In this document: positions 1-10,680 of the stretch, one piece after another
Layout: every line of letters starts with the position of its first letter
Position numbering within the stretch: the stretch's first letter is position 1
From: an uncultured Chloroflexia bacterium
GTDB lineage: Bacteria > Chloroflexota > Anaerolineae > JAAYZQ01
Assembly (NCBI GenBank): GCA_963700285.1
Contig: CAVOXA010000010.1
Span: 640,001 to 704,000 of the forward strand
Reading direction: 5' to 3'
Length of the DNA: 64,000 nt
The notes under the pieces: model-generated
The model's database searches: none
Seen by the model: the letters and a program-made list of their open reading frames with translations, nothing else
What the model was told of the DNA's origin: nothing
Translations under genes and position numbers: made by a program

Positions 1-1437
1 CGCCTCCTGGAGGATACGCAGCAACTGCACCCCGGTGGCCGGGGGCAGGGCCTCGGATCTGCAAACGGCATCCAGATCATCGGCAAGCTCCAGGCTGACG
101 GGCAGGCCGGTCTGCTCCTCGAAATGGGCTACAGCCCGGCGCAGCACGCCGCACAGGCCCTCGGAGGGCAGGCTGACGATGAGCAGGTTGTCGATGAGCG
201 CGCGCGTGTCCCCCTGCATCTCCAGGGCAACTCTTGCCAGGCGATCCAGGCTGTCCCGGGCCGCTTCGCCCTGTCCCGACTGGAGATAGAGACCGGCGGC
301 CTGGGCTTGCAGGTTGAGGAAGCCCAGGTTCTGAGCAAGCCCGTCGTGCAGCTCCTGGGCCAGCAACTCGCGCTCCTGCAGGGTGGCCTGGACCCACTGC
401 TGTTCCAGGAGCTTGGCCTGCGCCCGGCGTTGTTCGGTCACGTCGCGCATCAGGAGCAGGTGGCCGGTGGTCAGCCCGCGGTGGTCCTGGAGCCGGGAGA
501 GGGCCAGCGCGTAGCGCCGGGCCTCAGCGCCCGGCCCCAGGCTGATCTCGACAGGACCGGCCGCTGGCTCGAGACACCGGCCGGGATCGGGGCAGGCAGG
601 CAAGAGTTCGGACCATGCCTTGCCCCGGGCGCGCGTGGACGATATGCCCAGGATGCGTTCCGTGGCCGCGTTCAGGCTGAGGGCCTGCCAGCGCGTGTCA
701 AACACGACCATCCCATCCTGCATCTGTTCGATGGCGGTACGGCGCGCAGCCGGCAGGGGGTCAAGGATGTGGAAGCCAAAGAGGGCGACGGCATAGGCCC
801 CGGTGGTAAGCCCTATGCTGAGGATGACAGGATCGGGCTGGATTGAACCATGTCCGGCAGCGAGATCCACCGCGTAGAGTGCCCGGCTGACAAGCTGGCC
901 GCCCACCATCAGGGTTACCGGCCAGCGGTGCTGGGGGGAACGGATGAACAGCCAGGCAAAGGCGGTGAGGTTGACCATGACCAGGGCTATGCCGTAGGCG
1001 TTCGTGATCCAGTTCAGCGCGCCACGCGTTGGCTGCACGGAACCGCCAACCGAGAACGCGGGCCAGTACCAGTGGGTGAGATCGTTGGTGAGCACCAGCA
1101 GCAGAACCAGGAACGGAGGAATGGAGAGCAGGATCAAGGTACGGCGGGTCAACCAGCGGCCGGGACTGACATACTCCAGGGCGAAGCACGTGGTGGCAGT
1201 GACGGTGGGCATCTTCCATACCGCCTGGAACTTGAACCAGGCAATCTTGGCTGAAGGATCGGTAGCCAATAGCTCACCGACCGCGCCAACCACCCATAGC
1301 GCCTGAAAGAGGCAGGCGGCGATGAGAGGGCGCGCGCCAGGCACGTCGCCTCGCCGCCAGCTAAACCAGGCCAGGGCGGCCAGCAAACCCAACGTGACAA
1401 GATATGGCCAGATGGTAGCCAAAGAGCTTGGGTTCAT
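1..1437 (-). CDS. Sensor histidine kinase (N-terminal 7TM, probable PAS, HisKA_3/NarX-type); 3'-partial at the window edge
   Basis: Manual translation from ATG 1437 (MNPSSLATIWPYLVTLGLLAALAWFSWRR...). Several TM segments and H-box ERELLAQELHDGLAQNL. The frame is in register with RILQEA at position 1. Absent from the ORF track because there is no stop codon. Confidence 0.85.
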   Translation of the reverse strand, partial: MNPSSLATIWPYLVTLGLLAALAWFSWRRGDVPGARPLIAACLFQALWVVGAVGELLATDPSAKIAWFKFQAVWKMPTVTATTCFALEYVSPGRWLTRRTLILLSIPPFLVLLLVLTNDLTHWYWPAFSVGGSVQPTRGALNWITNAYGIALVMVNLTAFAWLFIRSPQHRWPVTLMVGGQLVSRALYAVDLAAGHGSIQPDPVILSIGLTTGAYAVALFGFHILDPLPAARRTAIEQMQDGMVVFDTRWQALSLNAATERILGISSTRARGKAWSELLPACPDPGRCLEPAAGPVEISLGPGAEARRYALALSRLQDHRGLTTGHLLLMRDVTEQRRAQAKLLEQQWVQATLQERELLAQELHDGLAQNLGFLNLQAQAAGLYLQSGQGEAARDSLDRLARVALEMQGDTRALIDNLLIVSLPSEGLCGVLRRAVAHFEEQTGLPVSLELADDLDAVCRSEALPPATGVQLLRILQEA

Positions 1438-1461
1438 TCTCAGATCCTTCAGCCAGGATTA

Positions 1462-1490
1462 ACTATACCTCACTGCGAGACCAGTGTCAA
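1462..1490 (-). promoter_or_regulatory. Sigma70-type promoter of the histidine kinase
   Basis: TTGACA-17nt-TATAGT on the minus strand, ~25 nt upstream of ATG 1437. Confidence 0.65.
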
Positions 1491-1534
1491 ACCATTCGGC
1501 GGTGCCGCGACCAGAAACGGCTCTCGGGCACATA

Positions 1535-2294
1535 TCAGTGCATACGCGCACAGTCCTCCTCGATCAGGCTCTCGTCCAGGTTCCTGAACCGCCTCGCCGG
1601 CGGACGCGATGCCTGGCGCGCTGATAGCTCGCTCGGTGCCCCGACGCCCCGGCCACGCTGCGGCCGCAAGCCAGCGCCCGGAGGGCTCCGTTCCCCGCCG
1701 AGGTGGGCCTCCTCCTGGCACTCGACCACCAGGCCTGCCCAGAGGGAACCGAGGGGGCCGCGCGGAACTTGCAGGCGACGAAGAGGTCGCGGGCAGTCTG
1801 GAATCGCGCTTCCACCCTCTCCAGGAGCGCCCGATCCTCGGCGTCCAGGCTCTTCACTGAGAAAGGCGAAGGGGTGCCCGAGCCGGGCACCTTGCCAGCC
1901 AAGCGTTTGTAGGCGAAGCTCACCATGCGGTTCGCCAGGTTGCCCCAGGCTTCGGCGCGAGCTCAGCCGAGCGTTTGCCAGCAGCTCGTTGTTGTTCCGC
2001 TCCACGAAATCCTCCCAGGATGACCCTTCGGCGCCCTCAGAGGGGCTTTGGTGTCGCGCGTCTCGGGTGCGGTGGCGGCCAGGCAGAAGCGCAGTGGCTC
2101 GGGATCATACTTGCCCAGAAAGTAGGGCACATCCACGGCAGCCCCCTAGCTCCTGCTGAGCTTGCCATCTTTGAAGTTGAGGGATTCTCAGACACAGGGT
2201 GCAAGATCCCTTCGCTCTGACAGCGCGGGCAACAAGCGCAGAGGTTTGAGTAAAGGACCTCTTTCTCAGCTTCATAACCCAAAGGTAGGGGCAT
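1535..2294 (-). pseudogene. metG: Degenerate relic of the 3' half of methionyl-tRNA synthetase
   Basis: Fragments [70 protein letters not shown] and FRNLDESLIEEDCAR align with metG at 10681-12470, with stops, deletions and short insertions. Confidence 0.85.
1733..2046. repeat. Four 23-25 nt insertions sharing a C(T/C)TCG-N5-7-CTC(A/T)G motif inside the metG relic
   Basis: Present in the relic and absent from the aligned metG at ~1733-1755 (-), ~1849-1872 (-), ~1950-1974 (+) and ~2024-2046 (+). Confidence 0.65.
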
Positions 2295-2604
2295 CAGAGC
2301 CCAGAGCGAAAGCAATCGCCTGATTCACCTCTTCCATTCTTTCGGACGAGAGGGAGGCGATCAGAGAACCCAACTTATGCTTTGGAACCGTCTGGATGTT
2401 GTCCATATTTGCTGCGCAGTCAGTGAGCAGTCCATCTTCTGGAGACAGGAAAACTTCAGACGGAATGTCACGGATGGTTGTCGTGATAGGGGCAACAGTG
2501 AGGGCATTCAGAAAACCGATGGCCGAGTTTCGAGTCAGAATGAGCACCGGGCGGCGCTTGTCCGGTGCTTGGAAGGTATACCAGCGAACCTCGCCGCGTC
2601 TCAT
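2272..2604 (-). CDS. mazF: Type II toxin, MazF/PemK-family endoribonuclease
   Basis: MRRGEVRW...DKRRPVLIL...TVAPITT...ANMDNIQTV pattern; 110 aa. Confidence 0.9.
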   Translation of the reverse strand: MRRGEVRWYTFQAPDKRRPVLILTRNSAIGFLNALTVAPITTTIRDIPSEVFLSPEDGLLTDCAANMDNIQTVPKHKLGSLIASLSSERMEEVNQAIAFALGSDAPTFGL

Positions 2605-2837
2605 GACGCACCCCAGGCCTGCTCAGCTTCCCACACGTCAAACTCGCCAGGCTCGACAGGATGGCGGGCATAGCCCTCGGCGTGTTTCTTCTCCATTTCG
2701 GCGATAGCGTGCCGCTGCAAGGCGAGCTCCAAAGCCTCGCGAATGAAGGCAGAGCGGGTCGTGTTCAAGGTCTGGATCATTTGATCCACCTCGGCCAGCA
2801 GAGGTTCATCAATCGTCATCTGGATAGTCTTCATCAT
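2601..2837 (-). CDS. Ribbon-helix-helix (CopG/MazE-like) antitoxin
   Basis: MMKTIQMTIDEPLLAEVD...TRSAFIREAL; ATGA overlap with the toxin; RBS GAGGGA before ATG 2837. Confidence 0.85.
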   Translation of the reverse strand: MMKTIQMTIDEPLLAEVDQMIQTLNTTRSAFIREALELALQRHAIAEMEKKHAEGYARHPVEPGEFDVWEAEQAWGAS

Positions 2838-2871
2838 ACTATCCCTCATCCCAATGTTGATTCTAATACAT

Positions 2872-2900
2872 ATTATACTCAACATTGAGTCGCGAGTCAA
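2872..2900 (-). promoter_or_regulatory. Sigma70 promoter of the TA operon with an overlapping inverted repeat (likely operator)
   Basis: TTGACT-17nt-TATAAT; inverted repeat ACTCAA-TG-TTGAGT overlaps the spacer and -10. Confidence 0.7.
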
Positions 2901-2955
2901 ATGAGTCTGTGGCCGGGTACAGACTGTCAAATCGCCTCTCAGCGGCAATGAGGAC

Positions 2956-2983
2956 AAAGAGTCGGGACGCGTATCCCGGCTCC
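2956..2983 (-). terminator. Probable intrinsic terminator after the second metG 3' copy
   Basis: Hairpin GAGCCGGGA-TACGCG-TCCCGACTC (one mismatch) followed by TTTGT. Confidence 0.45.
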
Positions 2984-3008
2984 CGAATCCTGACTCGCGG
3001 CTTCCCGC

Positions 3009-3105
3009 CTAGCCCTCCAGCCGCGCGTACTCCTCTTCGATCACGCTCTCATCCAGTTTCTTGAACAGCGGCGCTGGCTGGCGCAACGCTTTCCCCGACG
3101 GCAGT
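3009..3105 (-). repeat. metG: Second copy of the last ~31 codons of metG
   Basis: [31 protein letters not shown] versus [31 protein letters not shown]; 13 mismatches in 97 nt by hand count, mostly synonymous. Confidence 0.9.
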
Positions 3106-3282
3106 GCGCTGTGCCCTCAGGCCCCGAGGGCAGTGTGCCCTACCCTCCAGGCTCTATCAAGCAAGGTTCTGCCAGCGATCGCCGCGCGGACATAGACCAC
3201 GCCGTGATCATCGTCATGTCGCGCTGTGGCCGGCTGCATTGGTGCCCGGATTACGTCATGTTGCCAACCCGCTGTGTAGGCG

Positions 3283-3740
3283 CTATGGTGCCACCGGACA
3301 CGTCTCCGCGTGCAAATACTTGAGGCACTCCTCCTGCGTCCACCAGCGCGTCAGCCGCGAAGAAGCCAATGAAACCAGGTCCTCAACCGGCAGGACGTAC
3401 AGGCGGATCTTCTCGCCAAAGTAGCTGCCAACAAAGGCGAGCCTCCCGTCGGGACTGAACCCGTTGAAGGTGGCGTACTCGTCTAGCCCCGAGAACCTGA
3501 ACAACAACTGTCCTGCGGTCGGGCTGCCGGGATCGACGTCCCAAAGGTAGAGCGAGCCATCGCCCTGGTTCACCGCCAGGCGGTTGCCGTCAGGGCTAAA
3601 GACGGGGCTTAGAGCCGATGAGGTGTGGCCGAGTGTGAACAACTCCTCGCCCGTCGAAAGATCCCAAACTTTGGCCGTCGTGTCCAGGCTGCCGGTCGCC
3701 AGGCGCCCACCATCCGGGCTGAAGGCGATGTCCATGACCA
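3283..3740 (-). pseudogene. C-terminal fragment of a WD40-repeat protein
   Basis: DIAFSPDGGRLATGSLDTTAKVWD and VFSPDGNRLA repeats, tail LTRWWTQEECLKYLH; no credible start, 5' part missing. Confidence 0.75.
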
Positions 3741-3793
3741 CAGTGGCGGATGTAGGACACAGAGAACAGCAGACTAGAAACAGGAGGTGGGAA

Positions 3794-4374
3794 GTGAGAA
3801 CACGTTTGATGGCAATCACCCTGCTGGCGCTGATGCTAGCGTTCCCTGGGACACTACTTGCCCAGGAATCAGACCCGGAAGCACTGGTCAGATCTCTCTA
3901 TGAGGCATTGAACACAGGCGACATTGACGCAGCCCTGGCCTTCTACGCCGCCGACGCGGTCGAGAGCCTTGGCGACTTTGGTACGTTCTCGGGCAAGGAA
4001 GAGCTCCGTTCTTCCTTTGAAACCGAGGCAGCACGCAACGCAACCTGGGAGTTAGAGGACTTCCAGGTCGAGGGAGACACGGTCACCTTCACGAACCGCT
4101 ATACAAACAATAACCTGCGGGCCCTTGGTGTCACGCTTGAGGGCATTGAGGTAATCACGATCCAGGACGGCAAGTTCACGACGGATACCTGGACCGCGAC
4201 GGAGGAATCACTTGCAGCACTTCAGGCAGCCATGGCCGCCTTGCCGGAAACGGGGGGGAGGTCGTTCCGTTCCACGTTGCGGTTATGGCACTGGGCGGGC
4301 TGGCAGTCGCTGGCGGACTTGGCATGCAGTTGCTGCGCCGCCGTTCGTTCGATGCATCGCAGTCGAAGGGATGA
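3794..4374 (+). CDS. Secreted SnoaL/NTF2-like protein with an LPXTG sorting signal; frameshifted in a G7 run
   Basis: AGGAGG + GTG 3794, signal peptide, DPEALVRSLYEALNTGDIDAALAFYA. LPETGG is followed, after adding one G at 4252-4258, by EVVPFHVAVMALGGLAVAGGLGMQLLRRR. Confidence 0.7.
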
Positions 4375-4438
4375 AAGGCGTGTTGGAGAGACCAGGAGTT
4401 CAAGAGACGAATGCTGAGCTCCTGGTCTCCCGCCACCG

Positions 4439-4708
4439 ATGACAGCGCCATTAGCCGCAATGCGTCCTGAAGCCGAAAGTGCACCCATCGTGAGCGAACA
4501 GAGACAGCCGTACATGGCCTACCTGCTGCGCCTGTGGCGGGTTGGTAAGGAAGGTGAGGCAGCATGGCGGGCCTCCCTGGAGGACGCCCACACCGGCGAG
4601 CGCCAGGGCTTTACAAACCTGGCAACCCTGCTGGCGTTCCTGGAAGCAGAGACCGAGAGGAGCGAGTCAGCCGCCAGCACTCCGCCTGGCCCGCGTGCAC
4701 ACGGGTGA
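4439..4708 (+). CDS. Small hypothetical protein (YLLRLWR...WRASLE...TGERQGF type)
   Basis: 89 aa ORF; recognisable small-protein motif, function unknown; start uncertain. Confidence 0.6.
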   Translation: MTAPLAAMRPEAESAPIVSEQRQPYMAYLLRLWRVGKEGEAAWRASLEDAHTGERQGFTNLATLLAFLEAETERSESAASTPPGPRAHG

Positions 4709-4724
4709 CGGGGAGCCGGCGCCT

Positions 4725-4824
4725 GGACCCCGTAAGCCACGCCCACGGCATAGTGTTCCTCTTCCAGGCCACGCATGAGAAAGGCGGCGATCCGCCGCTC
4801 ATCTTCGACCACCAGGAAACGCAT
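4725..4824 (-). pseudogene. N-terminal stub of an OmpR-type response regulator receiver domain
   Basis: MRFLVVEDERRIAAFLMRGLEEEHYAVGVAY, after which homology is lost; RBS GGGAG. Confidence 0.7.
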
Positions 4825-4895
4825 GGCGACTCCCTGTTGTTTGTTGCCTGTACCCAGCCGCTGCTCCAAAGTAGTTGGCCCGGTCACAGGATAAG

Positions 4896-6880
<1,985 letters not shown>

Positions 6881-6884
<4 letters not shown>

Positions 6885-8260
6885 TCCGCCACTGCAATCT
6901 CAAAGCCGACGACGACGAGCTGACCGGGCTCTATCTCACCGTCTGTGGGTGTGATTTCGACAAAGCCGTCCGCCGAGAGTCCGGGTTCGACGGTGACATA
7001 TTCCAGTGCGCCGTCTCTTTGTACCTGGACGCGCGACGAGCCGTCCGCGACCAGGGACAGGGCGCTGAGCGGCGCCGCGAGGACGGCGCCGCTGGTCGAT
7101 TCGACGGGGATGGTCAAGCGCAGGGAAAAGCCATCCAGCGTCAGAGGCGTCTCGTCAACCAGGACCTCAAAGTAGATGTGAAAGCCATCCACGCCTTCTG
7201 TGCCGGGGATGCCCGCCACGCGCGCCACGACGCCACTGGCCGTGATGCCCAGGTCGGGTTCGTCGATGGCCACGGCCATGCCGGGTTTGACCAGGGGGGC
7301 TTCTTCGAGCGGCAGGGAGGCGTCGATGGCCAACTGGTTGTTCGTCGCCAGCGCCACCGGGCCGACGGCCTCGTCGCCGACGGCGATTTCGGGCTGCTCG
7401 ATACGCACGGGCAGCGCGGGGACGAAGATCAGCTCGTCGGCGGGAACCCCCAGGCCGATGCGCGCCCGCGCCGCCTCGAGGTCGGCGGCGAGACGGGCGG
7501 CGTACTCGCTCAACCTCTGGGCCTCGCGCCCGGCAGCCGCCTGTTCGTCGAGGGCCGACTGGACGATGTATTCGCCAACCGCCGGGGGTTCGCCGACGGC
7601 CTGGGCGCGCGCCGCCTCGACGGCCAGCGGCGCGGCCGCGACGGTGTCCTGGGCGGCCAGTTTTTCGTTGGTCGCCAGGGCCAGGGTCTCTTCAAGGTCG
7701 CGGATTTGGGCCAGTTGGTCGGCGGTGGGGCCAAAAGGCTCGAATCCCGCCGAGGCATACCAGTCGCCCACCGCCAGCTCCGTCTGCTCGTCAAAGGCGC
7801 CGTCCAGCGGGCCGGGGTCAAAGCCGAGGCGCGTCAGTCCACGCTCCAGTTGCAGGACGTCCTCCCCGCTCACCCCCGGTGTGAGGTCGCGGTACACCGG
7901 AACGTCGCCTTGCAGGACAAAGACCGGCCGCCCGGAGGCGGTCAACAGCAAGTCGCCCTCGTCCAGTTGAGCTTCGCGCGCCGGCAGGGTGCTGATCACG
8001 CCGGGACCTGCTTTGAGCGCTGAAGGAACCAGCGTGAGCGACTGCGGCAGGCCAAAGCGGGCCGTGCCCCGGGTGACAACGTCGGAGGTGAGGACGCGCT
8101 TCTCGATGGGCACAAGAATCGGCGAGGGGGTGGGCGGCGCGGTCCGGGCCGCGACCTCGGCCGGGGATTGGATGCGCGAGCCGGCCAGCCAACTCCCCAC
8201 GGAGGCGACGACGACCACCCCCAGGAGGATGAACGCGGTGGTGATTTGTTTTCTGCTCAT
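6881..8260 (-). CDS. Efflux adaptor (MFP-like) with a peptidoglycan-binding domain
   Basis: N-terminal TM; YRDLTPGVSGEDVLQLERGLTRLGFDPGPLDGAFDEQT PG-binding motif; overlaps the ABC gene start; start reassigned to ATG 8260. Confidence 0.8.
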
Positions 8261-8290
8261 GGTTGCCTCTTGTACTCGACGGGAGTCTCG

Positions 8291-8386
8291 GTAAGCCCGA
8301 GGCGAAAGCCGCCGGACTGAGAGGGCAAAGCCCTTCGGGCTAATACCAGCCCTTTCACGGGCTTTGCTCGCTCCACCCGGAGTCCA
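8291..8386. repeat. Nested palindromic (REP-like) intergenic element
   Basis: GCAAAGCCC...GGGCTTTGC outer arms enclosing AGCCC-TTC-GGGCT and AGCCC-TTTCAC-GGGCT hairpins; adjacent GGC-GAAA-GCC. Confidence 0.5.
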
Positions 8387-8388
8387 AT

Positions 8389-9429
8389 TTACTGGGGCGG
8401 ATCGGCGTACAACTCGCGCTCGATGCGGTCTTCGACAGGCTCGATGATCTTGGTCTCGCAATCAAAGGTGACGATGCCAACGGCCAGCTCTTCGGCGCGC
8501 AGCGCTTCGAGGGCGGCCCGGGCGTCGGGCGACAGGGATTCGACCGGCAGGCCGCCGGTGATTTCAGCCAGGCGCCGGCGAAAGTCCGGCTCGATGTCGT
8601 CGGGATGGGCGTAGTCAAAGCCGGCGGCTCGCACGCACTCGGTAAATTTCGTGATGGCGGCGGCCATGCGCGGATCCTGGCGGATCAAAACATCCAGAGG
8701 ATTATAGTAGCTGGCGCTCATTTGCTCGGGGGTAAAGACCTGCTCGATGGCCTGGCGCGTGCAGCCCCCGGTACGGGAAAAGTCCTCGATTTCGAGGGCC
8801 ACGGCAAAGGTGGCGTCGCTATGCTCACCAAAGAGGGTATGATTGTAGGCCACCTGGTCGGTGGGCGACAGGCTGTTAAAAATCTGCACGTTTTGTTCCC
8901 CCAGGCCAAGTTTGGCCGGGATCGTCTCGGCGGCCAATTGCGGGGCCAGGCCGGTGTAGAGCGTCGAAACGCCAAAGCCATGGCGGGCGATGAATTGTCG
9001 CTCAGTCAAGCCGGGCAGAGATTTGTCGGCGGTCATGCCCCGGCGCACGGTGTGGTAATCGGCGGCGACGTACTCGAAGCCGGCATCCTGCATACAGGCG
9101 GCAATCAGCGACTCAACCTTCTCGATGTTGGTTACGAGTTCTGCCCACGTCATGCCAAACTCCTCGCCCCCGGGCAGCCCCGCCACGGACGCGCCGCTGG
9201 TCTGCACCAAGAGCCCCTTGATTTCCTTGACCGGGCCGCAGGCCGAGAGGAACAGGCCGAAACTGAGGACGAGCCCCACGAGCACTTGTTTCTTTCGACC
9301 ACGCCGCGCAAGCTTTTGTAACCCATAAAGCAGGGACAGGGCAATCGGCAATCCCAGCGCCACCGGCAGCACACCGGCTTCTGGGTTCAGACCGGGTTCG
9401 ATGACCTCAGTATTCTGGTGCCTCTTCAT
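8389..9429 (-). CDS. Hypothetical lipoprotein associated with the MacB exporter
   Basis: Lipobox-like LFLSAC; repeated CMQDAGFEY / CVRAAGFDY motifs. Confidence 0.7.
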   Translation of the reverse strand: MKRHQNTEVIEPGLNPEAGVLPVALGLPIALSLLYGLQKLARRGRKKQVLVGLVLSFGLFLSACGPVKEIKGLLVQTSGASVAGLPGGEEFGMTWAELVTNIEKVESLIAACMQDAGFEYVAADYHTVRRGMTADKSLPGLTERQFIARHGFGVSTLYTGLAPQLAAETIPAKLGLGEQNVQIFNSLSPTDQVAYNHTLFGEHSDATFAVALEIEDFSRTGGCTRQAIEQVFTPEQMSASYYNPLDVLIRQDPRMAAAITKFTECVRAAGFDYAHPDDIEPDFRRRLAEITGGLPVESLSPDARAALEALRAEELAVGIVTFDCETKIIEPVEDRIERELYADPPQ

Positions 9430-10031
9430 GATTTTACATCCTCCGTGAGTTGAAAGAAAATGTCCTGCAAACGGTTGCCGCTATCGGCGTCGAAATTCAG
9501 CACCGGGATTCCAGCCTGCACCAAGGCGTATGACACACGGTTTTTGAGTTGCACATCGGCGGGGGTGTTTTTGCCGATGCTGTGTTCGATTTGCAGTTCC
9601 AACACGTCGCTTTTGCCGCCGTTCTGGAAAAAGTCCTTCTCCGGCAACCCGACTTCTTTCAGCAGGGCGACGGCGTTTTCCTTCGCCTGGGCGGGCTTGC
9701 GCCTATAGTGCTGGCCGAAATAGGCCAGGAATTCCACGCCGGTCATCTGTGGCGGAAAGCCCAGGCTCTCCGGCAGGACGCCAATTTTGCGGCGGATCTG
9801 TTCCGGGTGAGCGGAGCTGTCGCCGCCCACCTGGAACTGCCCCAAGGCCGGTTCGAGTATTGTCGTCAGAATGGGGATGGCAGTCGTCTTTCCGGCGCCA
9901 ATTGGTCCCCAAAAGTCCAGGATGCGTCCAACCTGTAGCAAAAAGGACAAACCACGCAGGGCCGGTTTGCCATCGTGGTTTTTGGTCAGGTTTTCGGCGA
10001 CCAGGATTTGGGAATCATTGGTTGGCATCAC
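9426..10031 (-). pseudogene. ABC-2 type ATP-binding protein with an internal deletion
   Basis: Walker A GPIGAGKTT present; signature motif and Walker B absent; the sequence jumps to a C-terminal LQDIFFQLT. Confidence 0.7.
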
Positions 10032-10123
10032 AAATCTCTTTTGTCAGCAGTTCGCCTTTGCCTTTTTTCAGAGAACGTTCTGAGCTCATCATAGACCGCC
10101 CAGATTACAGGATGATGAGAGTT

Positions 10124-10640
10124 TCATGAGAAATCTTTCATTTCAGGTCTGGCCAAAGCGCTACTCCGCCGTGAAGAACGTGCCCCCCGTGAGGGTCTGG
10201 TTGCCGCTTCCTCCAGGGCCAGGATTTCGAGTTCGTACAGCGTGCCCGGCTCAAGGAATTCGGTGGGCACGGCCGGGCTGTTGCGATCGGGGGGCAGGTG
10301 TACATCGTGATCGGGCAGGAGAACCCGTACGGGTCGTCGTGCTCGACCTTGGTGATGATGACCTCGTAGCCGCTGATCGCCACCGGCGTGCCCTCCACGG
10401 TTTCGGTCATGTCTTCCCATTGGATCACCATGCCGTCGGTGGACACCACCACATCCCCGGCCTCTTCCTCGTCGGCCATTGCCGGGTAGACGAGGGCGGC
10501 AGCGCGGGCACAGCGCAGGAGAAGGGGCCTCGCCGATCAGGCTCGCGCCGTCGTACGAAAGGGCATGCACCTCGTACAGGCCCTCCGGGAAGCCCTTGAG
10601 GTCCTCGAAAGAGAATTCCTCGATGGATGTCTCCCGGCTC
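10124..10640 (-). pseudogene. Frameshifted fragment of a hypothetical protein
   Basis: Coding-like pieces in different frames (IEEFSFEDLKGFPEGLYEV; GMVIQWEDMTETVEGTPVAISGYEVII; VPTEFLEPGTLYELEILALEE); no start codon. Confidence 0.5.
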
Positions 10641-10680
10641 TCAGAATTCAGAATAGGCCATACAGCCGTTGGGTATACAC

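Noticed and set aside
124-1306. Plus-strand ORFs 124-846 and 850-1254, and similar antisense ORFs throughout
   Set aside because: Shadow frames of GC-rich genes on the opposite strand
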